This document shows positions 45,901 through 55,751 of a stretch of 64,000 nucleotides of DNA, piece by piece. The DNA lies in the sequence record PZ166176.1; one strand, written 5' to 3'. The first letter of the stretch is position 1. Each line of letters starts with the position of its first letter. The notes under the pieces were generated by a model that worked only from the letters and a program-made list of their open reading frames with translations, made no database searches and was not told the origin of the DNA. The position numbers were made by a program, and so were the translations under genes. The DNA is from a phage.

Positions 45901-46494
45901 TTACCAAGGAATATCATCTTCTTCCAATCTGGCATCTACTTTAGGTGGACGTGGAACCTTAACCTCTTTCACAAAACGAAGATATGGGAAACGTGTAGCA
46001 ATTTTAATAACATGTTTGGCATCTTCTCTAACATCTTTGTGCAAGAAGCAGATCCCTGTTTCCAAGGTTGTTTCAAAATCTTTAGAATAATAACAGTCCT
46101 TCCCATCAAATGCAGCCTGGCAGATGGACAGATCGAACTCATTTAGAAAGGTTGTCATTACGCTTGGTTCCATAATCATAAGGTTGCAAAGCTGACCATC
46201 ACGTTCAAACTCAAAAACGTGTTTAAGACCAGTAACACCTTCATAATTGTCAGAAGCCTCTTTGTTTCCTAGTTTACGAATATTGGTTCCCATTAAAGCA
46301 GATGCAATTAATCCTTGTATTTGTTCTTCAGTCTGATGTGCAGGAAGGGATGTATAGAAATCCAGATCACGTCCAGCAATATCAAGAATACGCCAATCAC
46401 GAACAGCACCGCCAGCCAAGACAGAATTAGGATCAGCGATCTTTAATACGGTAAGAATCTCTTTGGCAATATTGATTTGTTTTGATTTAGTCAT
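45901..46494 (-). CDS. nucleotidyltransferase with CCA-adding-enzyme-like head motif and SSB-tail-like C-terminus
   Basis: LAGGAVRDWRILDIAGRDLDF matches the GGAVRD...DxD signature of tRNA nucleotidyltransferase / poly(A) polymerase head domains; C-terminus EEDDIPW resembles the SSB tip. Confidence 0.5.
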   Translation of the reverse strand: MTKSKQINIAKEILTVLKIADPNSVLAGGAVRDWRILDIAGRDLDFYTSLPAHQTEEQIQGLIASALMGTNIRKLGNKEASDNYEGVTGLKHVFEFERDGQLCNLMIMEPSVMTTFLNEFDLSICQAAFDGKDCYYSKDFETTLETGICFLHKDVREDAKHVIKIATRFPYLRFVKEVKVPRPPKVDARLEEDDIPW

Positions 46495-46705
46495 TGATAC
46501 GCTCCACAGTTACTTTTACAACATCGTCCATATTAATCTCATCCCCCAAGACCTCAATAACACCTTCCTCATAAAGTCGAGCACATTCTTCCCACACTTC
46601 AGCTTCCGTCATTCCACCTGCAATCTTATTTGCAAGACCTTTAATAACATCTTCATTTTGTTCATCAACAAGAATTGAAACATTAAAGCTCACTAATTTA
46701 CGCAT
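46487..46705 (-). CDS. hypothetical protein (72 aa)
   Basis: ORF; acidic. Confidence 0.45.
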   Translation of the reverse strand: MRKLVSFNVSILVDEQNEDVIKGLANKIAGGMTEAEVWEECARLYEEGVIEVLGDEINMDDVVKVTVERIND

Positions 46706-46882
46706 TGTTTTCTCCTTATACTTCTAAACGGAAAGTTTCTTTAGATACAAAATCGTATCCACCTTTTTCAAGCCAGTTATTGTAAACCTCATCGGCTTGA
46801 GACTCTATCATAAAATACCGAGTGGTAACTTCGTCTCCGACAATACGCACAATTTTATAGCAAATCATGATACCATTTCCCA

Positions 46883-47074
46883 TTAATCTTCCTCCAGATC
46901 AATTTCATTGTAACAATGTATGCAGAAACCATCATTGTGCATATGTTGTTCATAAGACATATCTTTACCACAAGACCAACAACGGATATCCCCATCGTCC
47001 CATTCACGTTCTTCTTCACCTTCAAATTCATCTGGTAGGTAAGGCATACCAAGACAATCTAAATCGTAATGCAT
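46883..47074 (-). CDS. small zinc-ribbon-like protein (63 aa)
   Basis: CxxC...CxxC pattern (CWSCGKD...CIHC); GGAGGAG RBS upstream. Confidence 0.5.
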   Translation of the reverse strand: MHYDLDCLGMPYLPDEFEGEEEREWDDGDIRCWSCGKDMSYEQHMHNDGFCIHCYNEIDLEED

Positions 47075-47086
47075 ATCTCCTCCTAT

Positions 47087-47106
47087 AAAGGGGCAGAAGC
47101 CCCTTA
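47087..47106 (-). terminator. hairpin AGGGGC-(4-nt loop)-GCCCCT between the polymerase and downstream genes (weak terminator or stability element)
   Basis: Stem-loop read directly; on the minus strand it is followed by TTTAT and then the RBS of the next gene. Confidence 0.4.
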
Positions 47107-47122
47107 TAAAACAATGAGTTAA

Positions 47123-50100
47123 CTAGTGACAGGACGCCCAGGAATTACCCACATCATACCCAGCAGTAAGCTGAACATTAAGATTGTAAAATTCTCCAGC
47201 CTTAGTAACAGCTAAAGCAGCAAGTTCACCTGCCCGACTATAAGCTGTAAACCATCCACCTTTGGGAGATTCATGAATGTTAGCCCAAATTTGCCCTGTC
47301 TCTTTTTCCTTATTATGCTTCCATTCTTCGACTTTAGCAAGGCATTCTTTATCAATTTTCTTTTGTTCTTCAGGATCGTCTACTTTCTTCCAACCTAATG
47401 ATTCAGGTGAAAACCATTTAAATTCTACAAGGTTACGAGAAACTTCAAGCTGGGCTTCATCGTGATATGCAATCATTTGTTGCACGAAATCTTTATTCTT
47501 CCAGTCATCTTTAAAGAAGTCAACACTTAGCCCTTCTTCTTCGATCATGTCATCATAAATAACCATTGCACGTTTAGCACAGATAACCCCACCGCTTTGG
47601 AACAGAGAGTTAAGAATCGCGTGAGCAGAACGAGTAGGAACCTTACGACCGTCAATACCCAAAACATATTGTTTACCAGTCTTAACCCAGAAATCGTTTA
47701 AACGTTCTTTAAGACGCGCCAATGGGAATGCAGCTTCCCAGAAAGCATCGAACACCAATTGCCCTGTAAACTTGTCGCTACCAATTGTTTTAGCAACCTT
47801 GTCGGCTTGTGCACCATAGGTAATACCATACTTAACAGATTTAGCAGGACTACGTTCAAATTTACGTCCAATAGTTTCAGTGATACGTTTTGCCATCATT
47901 GTGTGAACATCATTAGGTTTCTCTAACAACAGAGCGTTACAATATTCGTGTGGCTCCGGCTCGTACCGCCAACAGTTTCCTGTGATGGTAATGCAGTCTT
48001 TCTGACGCATGACCCACGTACCAAGTTCTGTTTGTGGACACCAAACATCCTCTACACCCCACTCTTCAATAGTCAAACTTTGAACAGGAATGTGAGAGCG
48101 GTTAGTCAATGTTGCCACTTTTACTTTCTGCTCTTTTGTATTGAAAGCTACAGAGATATTGCCTCCATGCACCAGGTACGAGGCAGTTAAAGCTGCTTCA
48201 AAAAGTTCACCTGGGTTCTGCGCCCAACGCCAAACAGGTTTTTGTTTATGTTCGTGCCAGTAACCATCTGCAATCAAGAAACCTTCCAAGAAAGCTACAC
48301 GCTCGGCATGAGACATATTAACTACACGTTCTACCCACGGAACATCCCATTTACCTTGTTGAACAGAAGTTAAACTATTTACCTGATCTTGTTCCATGTT
48401 AAATGGAGCATTACAAATAATGTTATCTCCTGTGCAAAGCTCGGCAGTTGTTCTGACTTTAGGCACATAAGTATTCCCTTTACTACGGGTATTAACATAC
48501 CAACGGTGATCTGCTGTTGCACGGTAAGTGTGTGATTTCCCTTTAATCTCAAACGTCTTACTATTTTTATAGAAGACCTTACCTTTTACTTTAGTCCATT
48601 CTTTCAGACCTGTTTCAGCATTGTACCCTAAAATCTCATCCCCTTCCTTCAGGTCGTGATATCCTACCCAACCTTTACGAGTCAAAGCTTGAGCATCCAT
48701 CGGCACACAGTAATGCGATTCAATTTTTGCTTCCAAAGAGTCGAAGTCGTAGCCAATCTGGAAGTATTTAGGAACTTCTACACCAAACAAGTTACGCATC
48801 TCCCATCCAAACAAAGATGTGACACGAGGAATATTAGCTACAGATCTATGCTTCATACGAGAGGTTGCAGCATCACATGTAGCGGCTGGGGTAGGAATAC
48901 GCCCATCCGCCCTTACTGCGGCTAAGAAACCTTTATCGTATTCTTGATCTTCTTCATCTTCTTCCCAATCGGCACCGCCACCTAAAATAGAGTTCCTACG
49001 ATGCTTATACGTTAAGTATTCTACAATCTGTGTAGCATAAGGAAACTTCTCACCCAAAGCTTGCAGGTTAGGACAAATTTCTTTTTCCTGACCTTTGGTA
49101 AAACACGGGTTAGTCAATACTTTAAGACCGCGACCTTTACCTTTTGCTATACGCTCTTGAATCTTCCTTTCCAGGGTTTCCGGTGTGCACTCCAGATGAT
49201 CACAACGATCCTGACAAAAATTAGAAGATAGGGTTTGCTCAACGTAAGCTCGAATACCTTTCTGAAGTTCTTCCTCGCTCTTTTTAATTTTGGTGCCAGA
49301 TTTAAGCGTCAAGTCTTTATCTTTATATTCAGACGGTACCCAACCTAATCCTACGAGCCAGTTTTTAATATGGGTTGTATCGTTCAATGTTGCAGGGATG
49401 TTAGGATCACATAGAGGCTCATCTGCTGCAACTGGTAGTTTCCACTCTTTCCCCAACATAACTAACCACCAATCGCCATCCCTCTCTTCCAAATGACCAT
49501 CATGTTTCTTAGCAAAATTGATCATATGGTTAGTTGGCTCTAAGTTCTTTTTAATTTGCAACTTAGGTGGAATAAAAGCCTTAAGATAACCTTTTGTTGC
49601 TGGTTTAGGTGGCAAAATAGGCTCAACGAGTAAACGAAGACGCTCCATTTCTGCATCCAAAAAAGCAAGGTTCTCTTCTGCTTGCTTCATGTTAAAAGCA
49701 AACCCACGGTGTTCCTGGCGTGTAATAATGTCTGCTACACGTTGTTCAAGTTCAAACGGACCTTCCCATTTATCATAATCACCCCATTCTTCCATAAGGT
49801 AATTATATACGCTCGTATTGGCTTTGTTGTCATAGATACAGTAATAAAGCATGTCCGCAGCAAAAGTCTTAAATCGATCCTCTTCTGGAATCTCTTTACG
49901 GAAATCTATTTTTACATCACCACCTGCCTTTCGAGAAAGTGCTGCCAAACTATGTCCTGATTTGCCCTCAATCTTTCGATCTGGGTTTAACACTTTACTC
50001 AAAATCAAGGAGTCAATAAGTTTTACCTTATTTTTGCCCCACGTGTTATATTTAACACTGTAATCTAAGCCATAAAACAGTTTTGTAGCCAACCAGTCGT

Positions 50101-50455
50101 AGTTGATACCGTTGTGAGCCACAGCCATTTCAACCAGATATTCAGGCTTATCTTTAAAATAACCTTCATGATTAATAAAGTCTGGGAAATCTTTTAGTTG
50201 AAAATGTGTGTAATCTTGCGCCACATACTCTTTAAGAACATATGTGTATTTGCCATCTGACTCTTCATAAGGACGCCCATCAAAGATGTATTTAGGACCA
50301 TCGTGGAAAGCTACTATTTCTCCTGTTTCATGGTTCTCTAAGACAATACAGTGCATTTGAAATGTGTCTTTGAGACGATAAGGACTAGCTAAATAATCAA
50401 TAGTGTCATTATTCAACAATCCGTTTGCTTCAATATCCCATGTAAACTTACTCAC
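47123..50455 (-). CDS. family A DNA polymerase with 3'-5' exonuclease domain, interrupted by an intein
   Basis: Exo motif DIEANGL; motif A region GYDFDSLEAKIESHY; motif B ERSPAKSVKYGITYG; motif C HDEAQLEV; a 245-aa insertion separates motifs A and B. Confidence 0.85.
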   Translation of the reverse strand: MSKFTWDIEANGLLNNDTIDYLASPYRLKDTFQMHCIVLENHETGEIVAFHDGPKYIFDGRPYEESDGKYTYVLKEYVAQDYTHFQLKDFPDFINHEGYFKDKPEYLVEMAVAHNGINYDWLATKLFYGLDYSVKYNTWGKNKVKLIDSLILSKVLNPDRKIEGKSGHSLAALSRKAGGDVKIDFRKEIPEEDRFKTFAADMLYYCIYDNKANTSVYNYLMEEWGDYDKWEGPFELEQRVADIITRQEHRGFAFNMKQAEENLAFLDAEMERLRLLVEPILPPKPATKGYLKAFIPPKLQIKKNLEPTNHMINFAKKHDGHLEERDGDWWLVMLGKEWKLPVAADEPLCDPNIPATLNDTTHIKNWLVGLGWVPSEYKDKDLTLKSGTKIKKSEEELQKGIRAYVEQTLSSNFCQDRCDHLECTPETLERKIQERIAKGKGRGLKVLTNPCFTKGQEKEICPNLQALGEKFPYATQIVEYLTYKHRRNSILGGGADWEEDEEDQEYDKGFLAAVRADGRIPTPAATCDAATSRMKHRSVANIPRVTSLFGWEMRNLFGVEVPKYFQIGYDFDSLEAKIESHYCVPMDAQALTRKGWVGYHDLKEGDEILGYNAETGLKEWTKVKGKVFYKNSKTFEIKGKSHTYRATADHRWYVNTRSKGNTYVPKVRTTAELCTGDNIICNAPFNMEQDQVNSLTSVQQGKWDVPWVERVVNMSHAERVAFLEGFLIADGYWHEHKQKPVWRWAQNPGELFEAALTASYLVHGGNISVAFNTKEQKVKVATLTNRSHIPVQSLTIEEWGVEDVWCPQTELGTWVMRQKDCITITGNCWRYEPEPHEYCNALLLEKPNDVHTMMAKRITETIGRKFERSPAKSVKYGITYGAQADKVAKTIGSDKFTGQLVFDAFWEAAFPLARLKERLNDFWVKTGKQYVLGIDGRKVPTRSAHAILNSLFQSGGVICAKRAMVIYDDMIEEEGLSVDFFKDDWKNKDFVQQMIAYHDEAQLEVSRNLVEFKWFSPESLGWKKVDDPEEQKKIDKECLAKVEEWKHNKEKETGQIWANIHESPKGGWFTAYSRAGELAALAVTKAGEFYNLNVQLTAGYDVGNSWASCH
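47975..48709 (-). mobile_element. intein (about 245 aa) with LAGLIDADG-like motif, inserted after polymerase motif A
   Basis: Starts CVPMDAQALTRKGW, contains ERVAFLEGFLIADGYW, ends ...DCITITGN followed by Cys; the termini resemble those of the terminase intein. Confidence 0.6.
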
Positions 50456-51249
50456 TATTCCTCCTTTCTAATGTTCTCCAGAACCCACTGAAGTTCTTTT
50501 AAACTTAAACTTCTTACTCCCGCAGTTTTACTAGCTTCAGCTTTAAGTAACGGGTAAGCCTCAATGATACGCGTTTTAAGATCAGAAGTCAAGGCTTTTA
50601 AAAAATAGGTAGATGCTTCAGATAAAGAATCTTCTTCTGATAACACTTTACCTGCACTTGCTCCCGCTCTCCTAACAGCTATATCGTAGTCTTTACTGTT
50701 ACCTAATACGAACAGTCGATTCTCTCCTAAAACAACGGGAGAACGCTTCTCGTTGCGTTTAATCCATACTTGGAATACACAAGGAACATCCCAAGGTTCT
50801 CCATGAAGAATAAAAGATCCTTTTGGACATTCTTCTTCGTAAAGAAGATGCATATGGGGATTTAGTTTGTGTGCAAAAAAGATTTTTTGAAATGTGCGAG
50901 GCAAGATAAAACAAATACCACCTTCGTTATCCAGCATTTCAGCACAATGGTTAAAGAATTTAATGGCAAGACTAGCATTTTTTCCAAATGGAGGATTACC
51001 GACAAAAGCAGTTACACTACCAACAGACTCAACAGATTGAGCTAAAAAATCTGCCTCAATACAATCTTCAAACTTAGGGTCAATATCAAAAGAAGTTATG
51101 TTTTTAAAACAAGAAGAGAAAGCTCCTTCTCCCGCAGATGGTTCTACGTAGTTAGCTTCCTCTCCAAAAATTTCTTTGATCTTATCACATAAGAACCCCG
51201 CATAAGCGGGGTTAGTGTAATATTGATCAAGTGTGTTCAACTTGCTCAA
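50455..51249 (-). CDS. DNA methyltransferase (amino-methyltransferase, NPPF motif), no cognate nuclease seen
   Basis: SAM-binding motif EPSAGEGAF and catalytic motif VGNPPFG; upstream DQYYTNP motif. Confidence 0.6.
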   Translation of the reverse strand: MSKLNTLDQYYTNPAYAGFLCDKIKEIFGEEANYVEPSAGEGAFSSCFKNITSFDIDPKFEDCIEADFLAQSVESVGSVTAFVGNPPFGKNASLAIKFFNHCAEMLDNEGGICFILPRTFQKIFFAHKLNPHMHLLYEEECPKGSFILHGEPWDVPCVFQVWIKRNEKRSPVVLGENRLFVLGNSKDYDIAVRRAGASAGKVLSEEDSLSEASTYFLKALTSDLKTRIIEAYPLLKAEASKTAGVRSLSLKELQWVLENIRKEE

Positions 51250-51258
51250 TAGTCCTCC

Positions 51259-51690
51259 TTAGTTGTTAGCGAACTCAATAGTGAGGTCAACTTTACCATC
51301 ATCAGAAATAACCATGTTTTTAGTATTTTTAAAGATGATATCTACTTTACCTTCACTTACACGACAAAATGCAACACCATCTGCAACTTTATCGATATAA
51401 TATTTGTAAGAAAGAATACCCACTTTACTACGACCAGCACCTTTTGTGAAAGAAGGGCTTACATCGAAACGGAAACCTTTAGAAGAAACAACACGGTAAG
51501 AACGTCCAGTTGGGATATGTTCAATAACAGAAACATTGTTCTCAACAACTTTTACAGCAAACTCTTCAGGATGATCCTCAACAATCATATGTGGGATGGC
51601 AAATGCCAACGCTTGTTTGTGTTTAATAACACCAGCACCCAGAGCACCAGCAGCTTTAACTTTTGCATTCAGATCGATTGTCATACGCAT
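51259..51690 (-). CDS. hypothetical protein (143 aa)
   Basis: ORF with RBS; between the primase-helicase and methyltransferase genes. Confidence 0.5.
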   Translation of the reverse strand: MRMTIDLNAKVKAAGALGAGVIKHKQALAFAIPHMIVEDHPEEFAVKVVENNVSVIEHIPTGRSYRVVSSKGFRFDVSPSFTKGAGRSKVGILSYKYYIDKVADGVAFCRVSEGKVDIIFKNTKNMVISDDGKVDLTIEFANN

Positions 51691-51760
51691 TTTTACTTCT
51701 CCTCTTGTTTGGTTGATGAGACAAGTATAAGTCCCTTCCGCAAAGTTGTCAACAGGTATT

Positions 51761-51784
51761 TTTAATAAAAGGGCCGAAGCCCTT
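51761..51784 (-). terminator. rho-independent terminator at the 3' end of the primase-helicase gene (minus strand)
   Basis: Hairpin AAGGGC-TTCG-GCCCTT followed by TTTATTAAAAAT on the minus strand; overlaps the stop codon. Confidence 0.6.
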
Positions 51785-53561
51785 AATAGTTGCTATCCGT
51801 AGGCAAATTAGCAGGATTGTTGAAATACTGCTCTTTGTCATGCAGAGTTGCAGTTCTAATGTCATAGTAAAACTGCCCTGCCGGACCAGTTTCCGAGAAC
51901 TCACGGTTTTTTAGGATAAAGCAATGAGTCGTATTGCGTTCTACAGGGTCTTCAGCGGCTTTATCTCGTTCCAAAGCCAAGGTAATACCAGCACCTTTAG
52001 CCAAGAAACTACTACCCATTGCATCGTCCTCTGTTAAGTGTTCATTGCCACCATTAGCCGATTTCTTAACGTGTGAGATGACGATAATAGTTATAGCATA
52101 CTCTTTCATGATGCGCTTCAACCATGTTGCTAACTCTTCCTGGGCTTGAACATCCATACCAGAAAGCAAATCAGAATAAGGGTCGATAACAAGAATTGTT
52201 ACTCCAAAATAGATGATCATCTCCAAAACTTTTTCTTTGATAGACTCCACATCTGCTCCACGATCATCACACACATAAAAACGTGGTGATCCATCTTCTC
52301 TTTCGTAAAAATCTAGGATTTTTTCTTTATTCTCTTCCAAGATTTGAAATTTCTCTTCCGGTGTTTTCCTGTGCAGAGGAATATGCAGGAACGAGGACAA
52401 CAGGTTACGAGAGTATTTCTTATAAGTTGCTTCCAAGGACAGAATGCCGAGGGTATGTTCTGGGTGCGCAACAATAATATGTTTTGTGATCTCGTTCACC
52501 ATCAAAGTTTTACCGATACTGGTCTTTGCTAGGATGACTGTAATCTCTTCCTCTACTAAACCACCACCCAGCATATTTGCAGCAACACGCATAAAAGGGG
52601 GCAAGGTAATCATCTTGGATTCCAAGCATTCTAATGCAGCTTCATACAAGACATTAGAAGCATAAACACCTGCTGGGGTGTATAGACGAGCACTCCAAAA
52701 AGCCTTTACGAAATCCTTTGCACGACCTTCTTCCAGATACTGATTGGCATCCTTAAGATCCATCTGCATACGGTAGACTTTGTTACGAGGTAGCACCTTA
52801 ACAATATTTTCAAATGCCTCATTACCTGCTTTGTCATTATCCATGCAAACAATAATCTTCTTAAATTTTTCAAAGAAAGGATATTGTGCCTGAACTTGTT
52901 TATACATACTGGTTTCACCAGTTGTGCCACTAACTACTGCTGGAAGTTCATATTTGTTGTCCAAGTTTTCAGACAGCATTTGATAAGCTGCCAGAGCATC
53001 GTGTTCACCACCTGTAATTACCACAGTATGAGAACGGTCTGCAAAACGAATTTGTCCAAAAAGATCTACATCTTTACCTACTTGACCAATAGGTTTACTG
53101 AAATCTTTAGGATGAATACGACGCTTAAAACCAACCAATTCTTTACCGATGGTAGTTGGATATAAACAACTTTCTACTACCATCTGATCCCCTTCCTGAC
53201 GGTATTCATAACGAACACCATAGAAAGATGAAACTTTTTCTTTAATGCCTCGATAACCACGTGGGTTGGCTGATGTTTCTTGAACAATTTTACGATGAAT
53301 CTGTTTATTAAATTCCGAACCCACAATCTCCTCCTCTTCTTCTAAAACTTCACCATTTTCTCGTAACCATTCTACGCTAGGAATAGTGTATTCACACGCA
53401 AAGCACTTAGCACCTTTATGCTCTCCATTAGAATCTAATCCATAAACCATCAGGTTATTACGAGAGCGATCCTTGCCATTTTTCATGCAGCGCGGACAAC
53501 CTGTATGCCCTTCCTTGCTAAGATCAACATCAAATCCATATTTAGTTATAATGTGCGACAC
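51783..53561 (-). CDS. bifunctional DNA primase-helicase (T7 gp4-like)
   Basis: N-terminal zinc finger (CPRC...CFAC), Toprim region (VVITGGEHD, IIVCMDNDKAG), helicase Walker A (AKTSIGKT) and Walker B (LVIDPYSDL). Confidence 0.8.
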   Translation of the reverse strand: MSHIITKYGFDVDLSKEGHTGCPRCMKNGKDRSRNNLMVYGLDSNGEHKGAKCFACEYTIPSVEWLRENGEVLEEEEEIVGSEFNKQIHRKIVQETSANPRGYRGIKEKVSSFYGVRYEYRQEGDQMVVESCLYPTTIGKELVGFKRRIHPKDFSKPIGQVGKDVDLFGQIRFADRSHTVVITGGEHDALAAYQMLSENLDNKYELPAVVSGTTGETSMYKQVQAQYPFFEKFKKIIVCMDNDKAGNEAFENIVKVLPRNKVYRMQMDLKDANQYLEEGRAKDFVKAFWSARLYTPAGVYASNVLYEAALECLESKMITLPPFMRVAANMLGGGLVEEEITVILAKTSIGKTLMVNEITKHIIVAHPEHTLGILSLEATYKKYSRNLLSSFLHIPLHRKTPEEKFQILEENKEKILDFYEREDGSPRFYVCDDRGADVESIKEKVLEMIIYFGVTILVIDPYSDLLSGMDVQAQEELATWLKRIMKEYAITIIVISHVKKSANGGNEHLTEDDAMGSSFLAKGAGITLALERDKAAEDPVERNTTHCFILKNREFSETGPAGQFYYDIRTATLHDKEQYFNNPANLPTDSNY

Positions 53562-53573
53562 TTTGTTCTCCTG

Positions 53574-53852
53574 TTAAAATGGTTCGTTAGTCTCCATCAT
53601 ATATTCTGCTTCTAGTTCTTCCATATGCTTTCTAAATTGGAAAGCAATTTCTGCTACAGTTACATTTAAATCTTTTTCAAAAACTTCTGTAGAGCCTTCA
53701 TAAAAACGAATACCGTCAATTAAAAGCCCTCCGTGGTAATCCCAATCACTTTCACGAGAAAGCGGGTTAGGCTCTTCATAATAGTAATCCACCTCCACAA
53801 CTAAGGCTTTCCCGTTACGAGTGGTGTATTCAAAATCAAAAGTGTTAATCAT
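53574..53852 (-). CDS. hypothetical protein (92 aa)
   Basis: ORF; acidic. Confidence 0.45.
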   Translation of the reverse strand: MINTFDFEYTTRNGKALVVEVDYYYEEPNPLSRESDWDYHGGLLIDGIRFYEGSTEVFEKDLNVTVAEIAFQFRKHMEELEAEYMMETNEPF

Positions 53853-54796
53853 TATAGCTCCTCAAATAAAAGTCTACGACGCTCATTCAACACATCAATG
53901 TGATAATGAGTCCTGACATACTTAGCTAATGCTAATCCTTTCTCCATGCAAACATCGGGAGCACTTAATAAGTATTCCGTAATATCTTTCCACTCGGAAG
54001 GTGTTTCAGCAAAGAATAACAAATCTTTAAACTCTTGTGTATGATAATTCTCACGAGGAGAACAGATCAAAGGTAAACCCTTAGCACCTGCCTCAAGAAT
54101 TTTAAGATTGCTTTTTGCATTATTAAACACGTTATCAATCAATGGCGCAAGACTGATTTGATGACCATCGTAAGATTCCATGTAGTTGGCATATGGTCTT
54201 ACACCTTCATAAACACAAGTTGGTGCTACATTTTCTCTGATTACAGACCATTCACGACTACTTAAAACTTCAGAATCCCTACGAAAACCACATATTGTAA
54301 GATCTTTACCAAAATCGGGCAAGATAGCCAAATCTTGTTTATGTGTTTCACTTCCAGCCCAGACTAATGGAGTTTTGGAGTAGCGATCACGGGTCAACAC
54401 AAATTGACCTTCATCATAAGGAAGTCCATTAGGGATTATGTGCACATTATCATTGTATTGTGAAAGTTCAACTTGCAAGGCAGGTGTCGTAGTTGTAACA
54501 AGATCACTGTGCTCTAAAAACCATTTTAAATGTTCACGAATACCTGATTCAAAAATACCTTCTAACATGTGTCCTTTTGGAATAACTAAAGAGTCATCCA
54601 AATCCATAACCATTTTAAAGCCTAGGTTTTTAAGGGCTAAAAAGCCCTCTTTACCTTTTGTTGGCACTCCGTTAAAAACGAAAACGTTGTATTTAGGTTG
54701 TGAAGAGAACTGCCTTGAGTAAGGCAGCACTACCCTATGGAAATCGCAGACACTATAATTGATTCCGTTACGATTGTCAAGAATTATTTGTCCCAT
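53852..54796 (-). CDS. glycosyltransferase-like protein (paralog 1)
   Basis: Paralogous to 54804-55751 (shared blocks VWAG, KSNLKILEAGAKGxPxxCS, VRTHY); the blocks resemble nucleotide-sugar-binding GT-B enzymes (inference). Confidence 0.4.
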   Translation of the reverse strand: MGQIILDNRNGINYSVCDFHRVVLPYSRQFSSQPKYNVFVFNGVPTKGKEGFLALKNLGFKMVMDLDDSLVIPKGHMLEGIFESGIREHLKWFLEHSDLVTTTTPALQVELSQYNDNVHIIPNGLPYDEGQFVLTRDRYSKTPLVWAGSETHKQDLAILPDFGKDLTICGFRRDSEVLSSREWSVIRENVAPTCVYEGVRPYANYMESYDGHQISLAPLIDNVFNNAKSNLKILEAGAKGLPLICSPRENYHTQEFKDLLFFAETPSEWKDITEYLLSAPDVCMEKGLALAKYVRTHYHIDVLNERRRLLFEEL

Positions 54797-54803
54797 ACTT
54801 CAC

Positions 54804-55751
54804 CTACAAACTTTCAATAACCTGGCGTCGCAACTCATTTGCATCTGCCAGATTATAATGTGTTCGAACATGTTCAGCCAAGAACAAGCCACGATCTTCC
54901 CGATAGTTTGGATTGCGAAGAAGCTTAACAATTTCGTAATGCCATTCTGCTTTGTTCTCTGCGTAAGCAACAGCACGAGCATCTACAGGGTTAAAATAAG
55001 GTAATACCTTAGAACAAACAATCGGAATACCCTTTGCTCCAGCTTCTAGGATTTTGAGATTACTTTTACAATTATTAAAATCATTATCTACCAAAGGAGC
55101 TATAGCAATAGCATGACTTTCGTAAACACTCATGTAATTATCTAAATCTTTTACAGCAGCTTTATATTTAGCATTTGGTAAATTTCTGCGAATCTTAATC
55201 CACTCTTGTCCCGTGATGCTCTGCGATGCTTCATATCCCGCAATAGTAAGAAGTTCATCATCGAAAGTATTAGAGACTAGTCGTAAATCGGGTTCGTGAC
55301 TAGCACCGCCAGCCCATACAACAGGGGTACCGGATGAACGATCATTTGACAAAGTGAATTGTCCACTATCAAAAGGAAGTGCATTTCGGATCACAACAAC
55401 ATTCCTATTTAAGTGACGGATCTTATATGCCAAGTATTCCGTAGTCACAATAACCACATCAGCAAGCTTAACCATAGCCACAATAGCATGAGTGTTTGAC
55501 TCGTATAAACTTGCTAAATAATGCTCTGGATTAAGTTGGTAAAAATCATCTAAATCTACAACAACCTTAACACCTTGACGTTTCAAAGATAAAACGTATT
55601 CTGCACCTTTAGAGTGGATACGGTTAAACACAACAATATCTTTCTTAGGTTGAAAATTATTGTTGTTAAATGGCATAACAATACGATGATAGTCACAACC
55701 GCTATGAGGTTTTGCATCAATTTTTAGTTTAGACCATTTTTTATTTGACAT
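54804..55751 (-). CDS. glycosyltransferase-like protein (paralog 2)
   Basis: Tandem paralog of 53852-54796 with the same conserved blocks. Confidence 0.4.
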   Translation of the reverse strand: MSNKKWSKLKIDAKPHSGCDYHRIVMPFNNNNFQPKKDIVVFNRIHSKGAEYVLSLKRQGVKVVVDLDDFYQLNPEHYLASLYESNTHAIVAMVKLADVVIVTTEYLAYKIRHLNRNVVVIRNALPFDSGQFTLSNDRSSGTPVVWAGGASHEPDLRLVSNTFDDELLTIAGYEASQSITGQEWIKIRRNLPNAKYKAAVKDLDNYMSVYESHAIAIAPLVDNDFNNCKSNLKILEAGAKGIPIVCSKVLPYFNPVDARAVAYAENKAEWHYEIVKLLRNPNYREDRGLFLAEHVRTHYNLADANELRRQVIESL

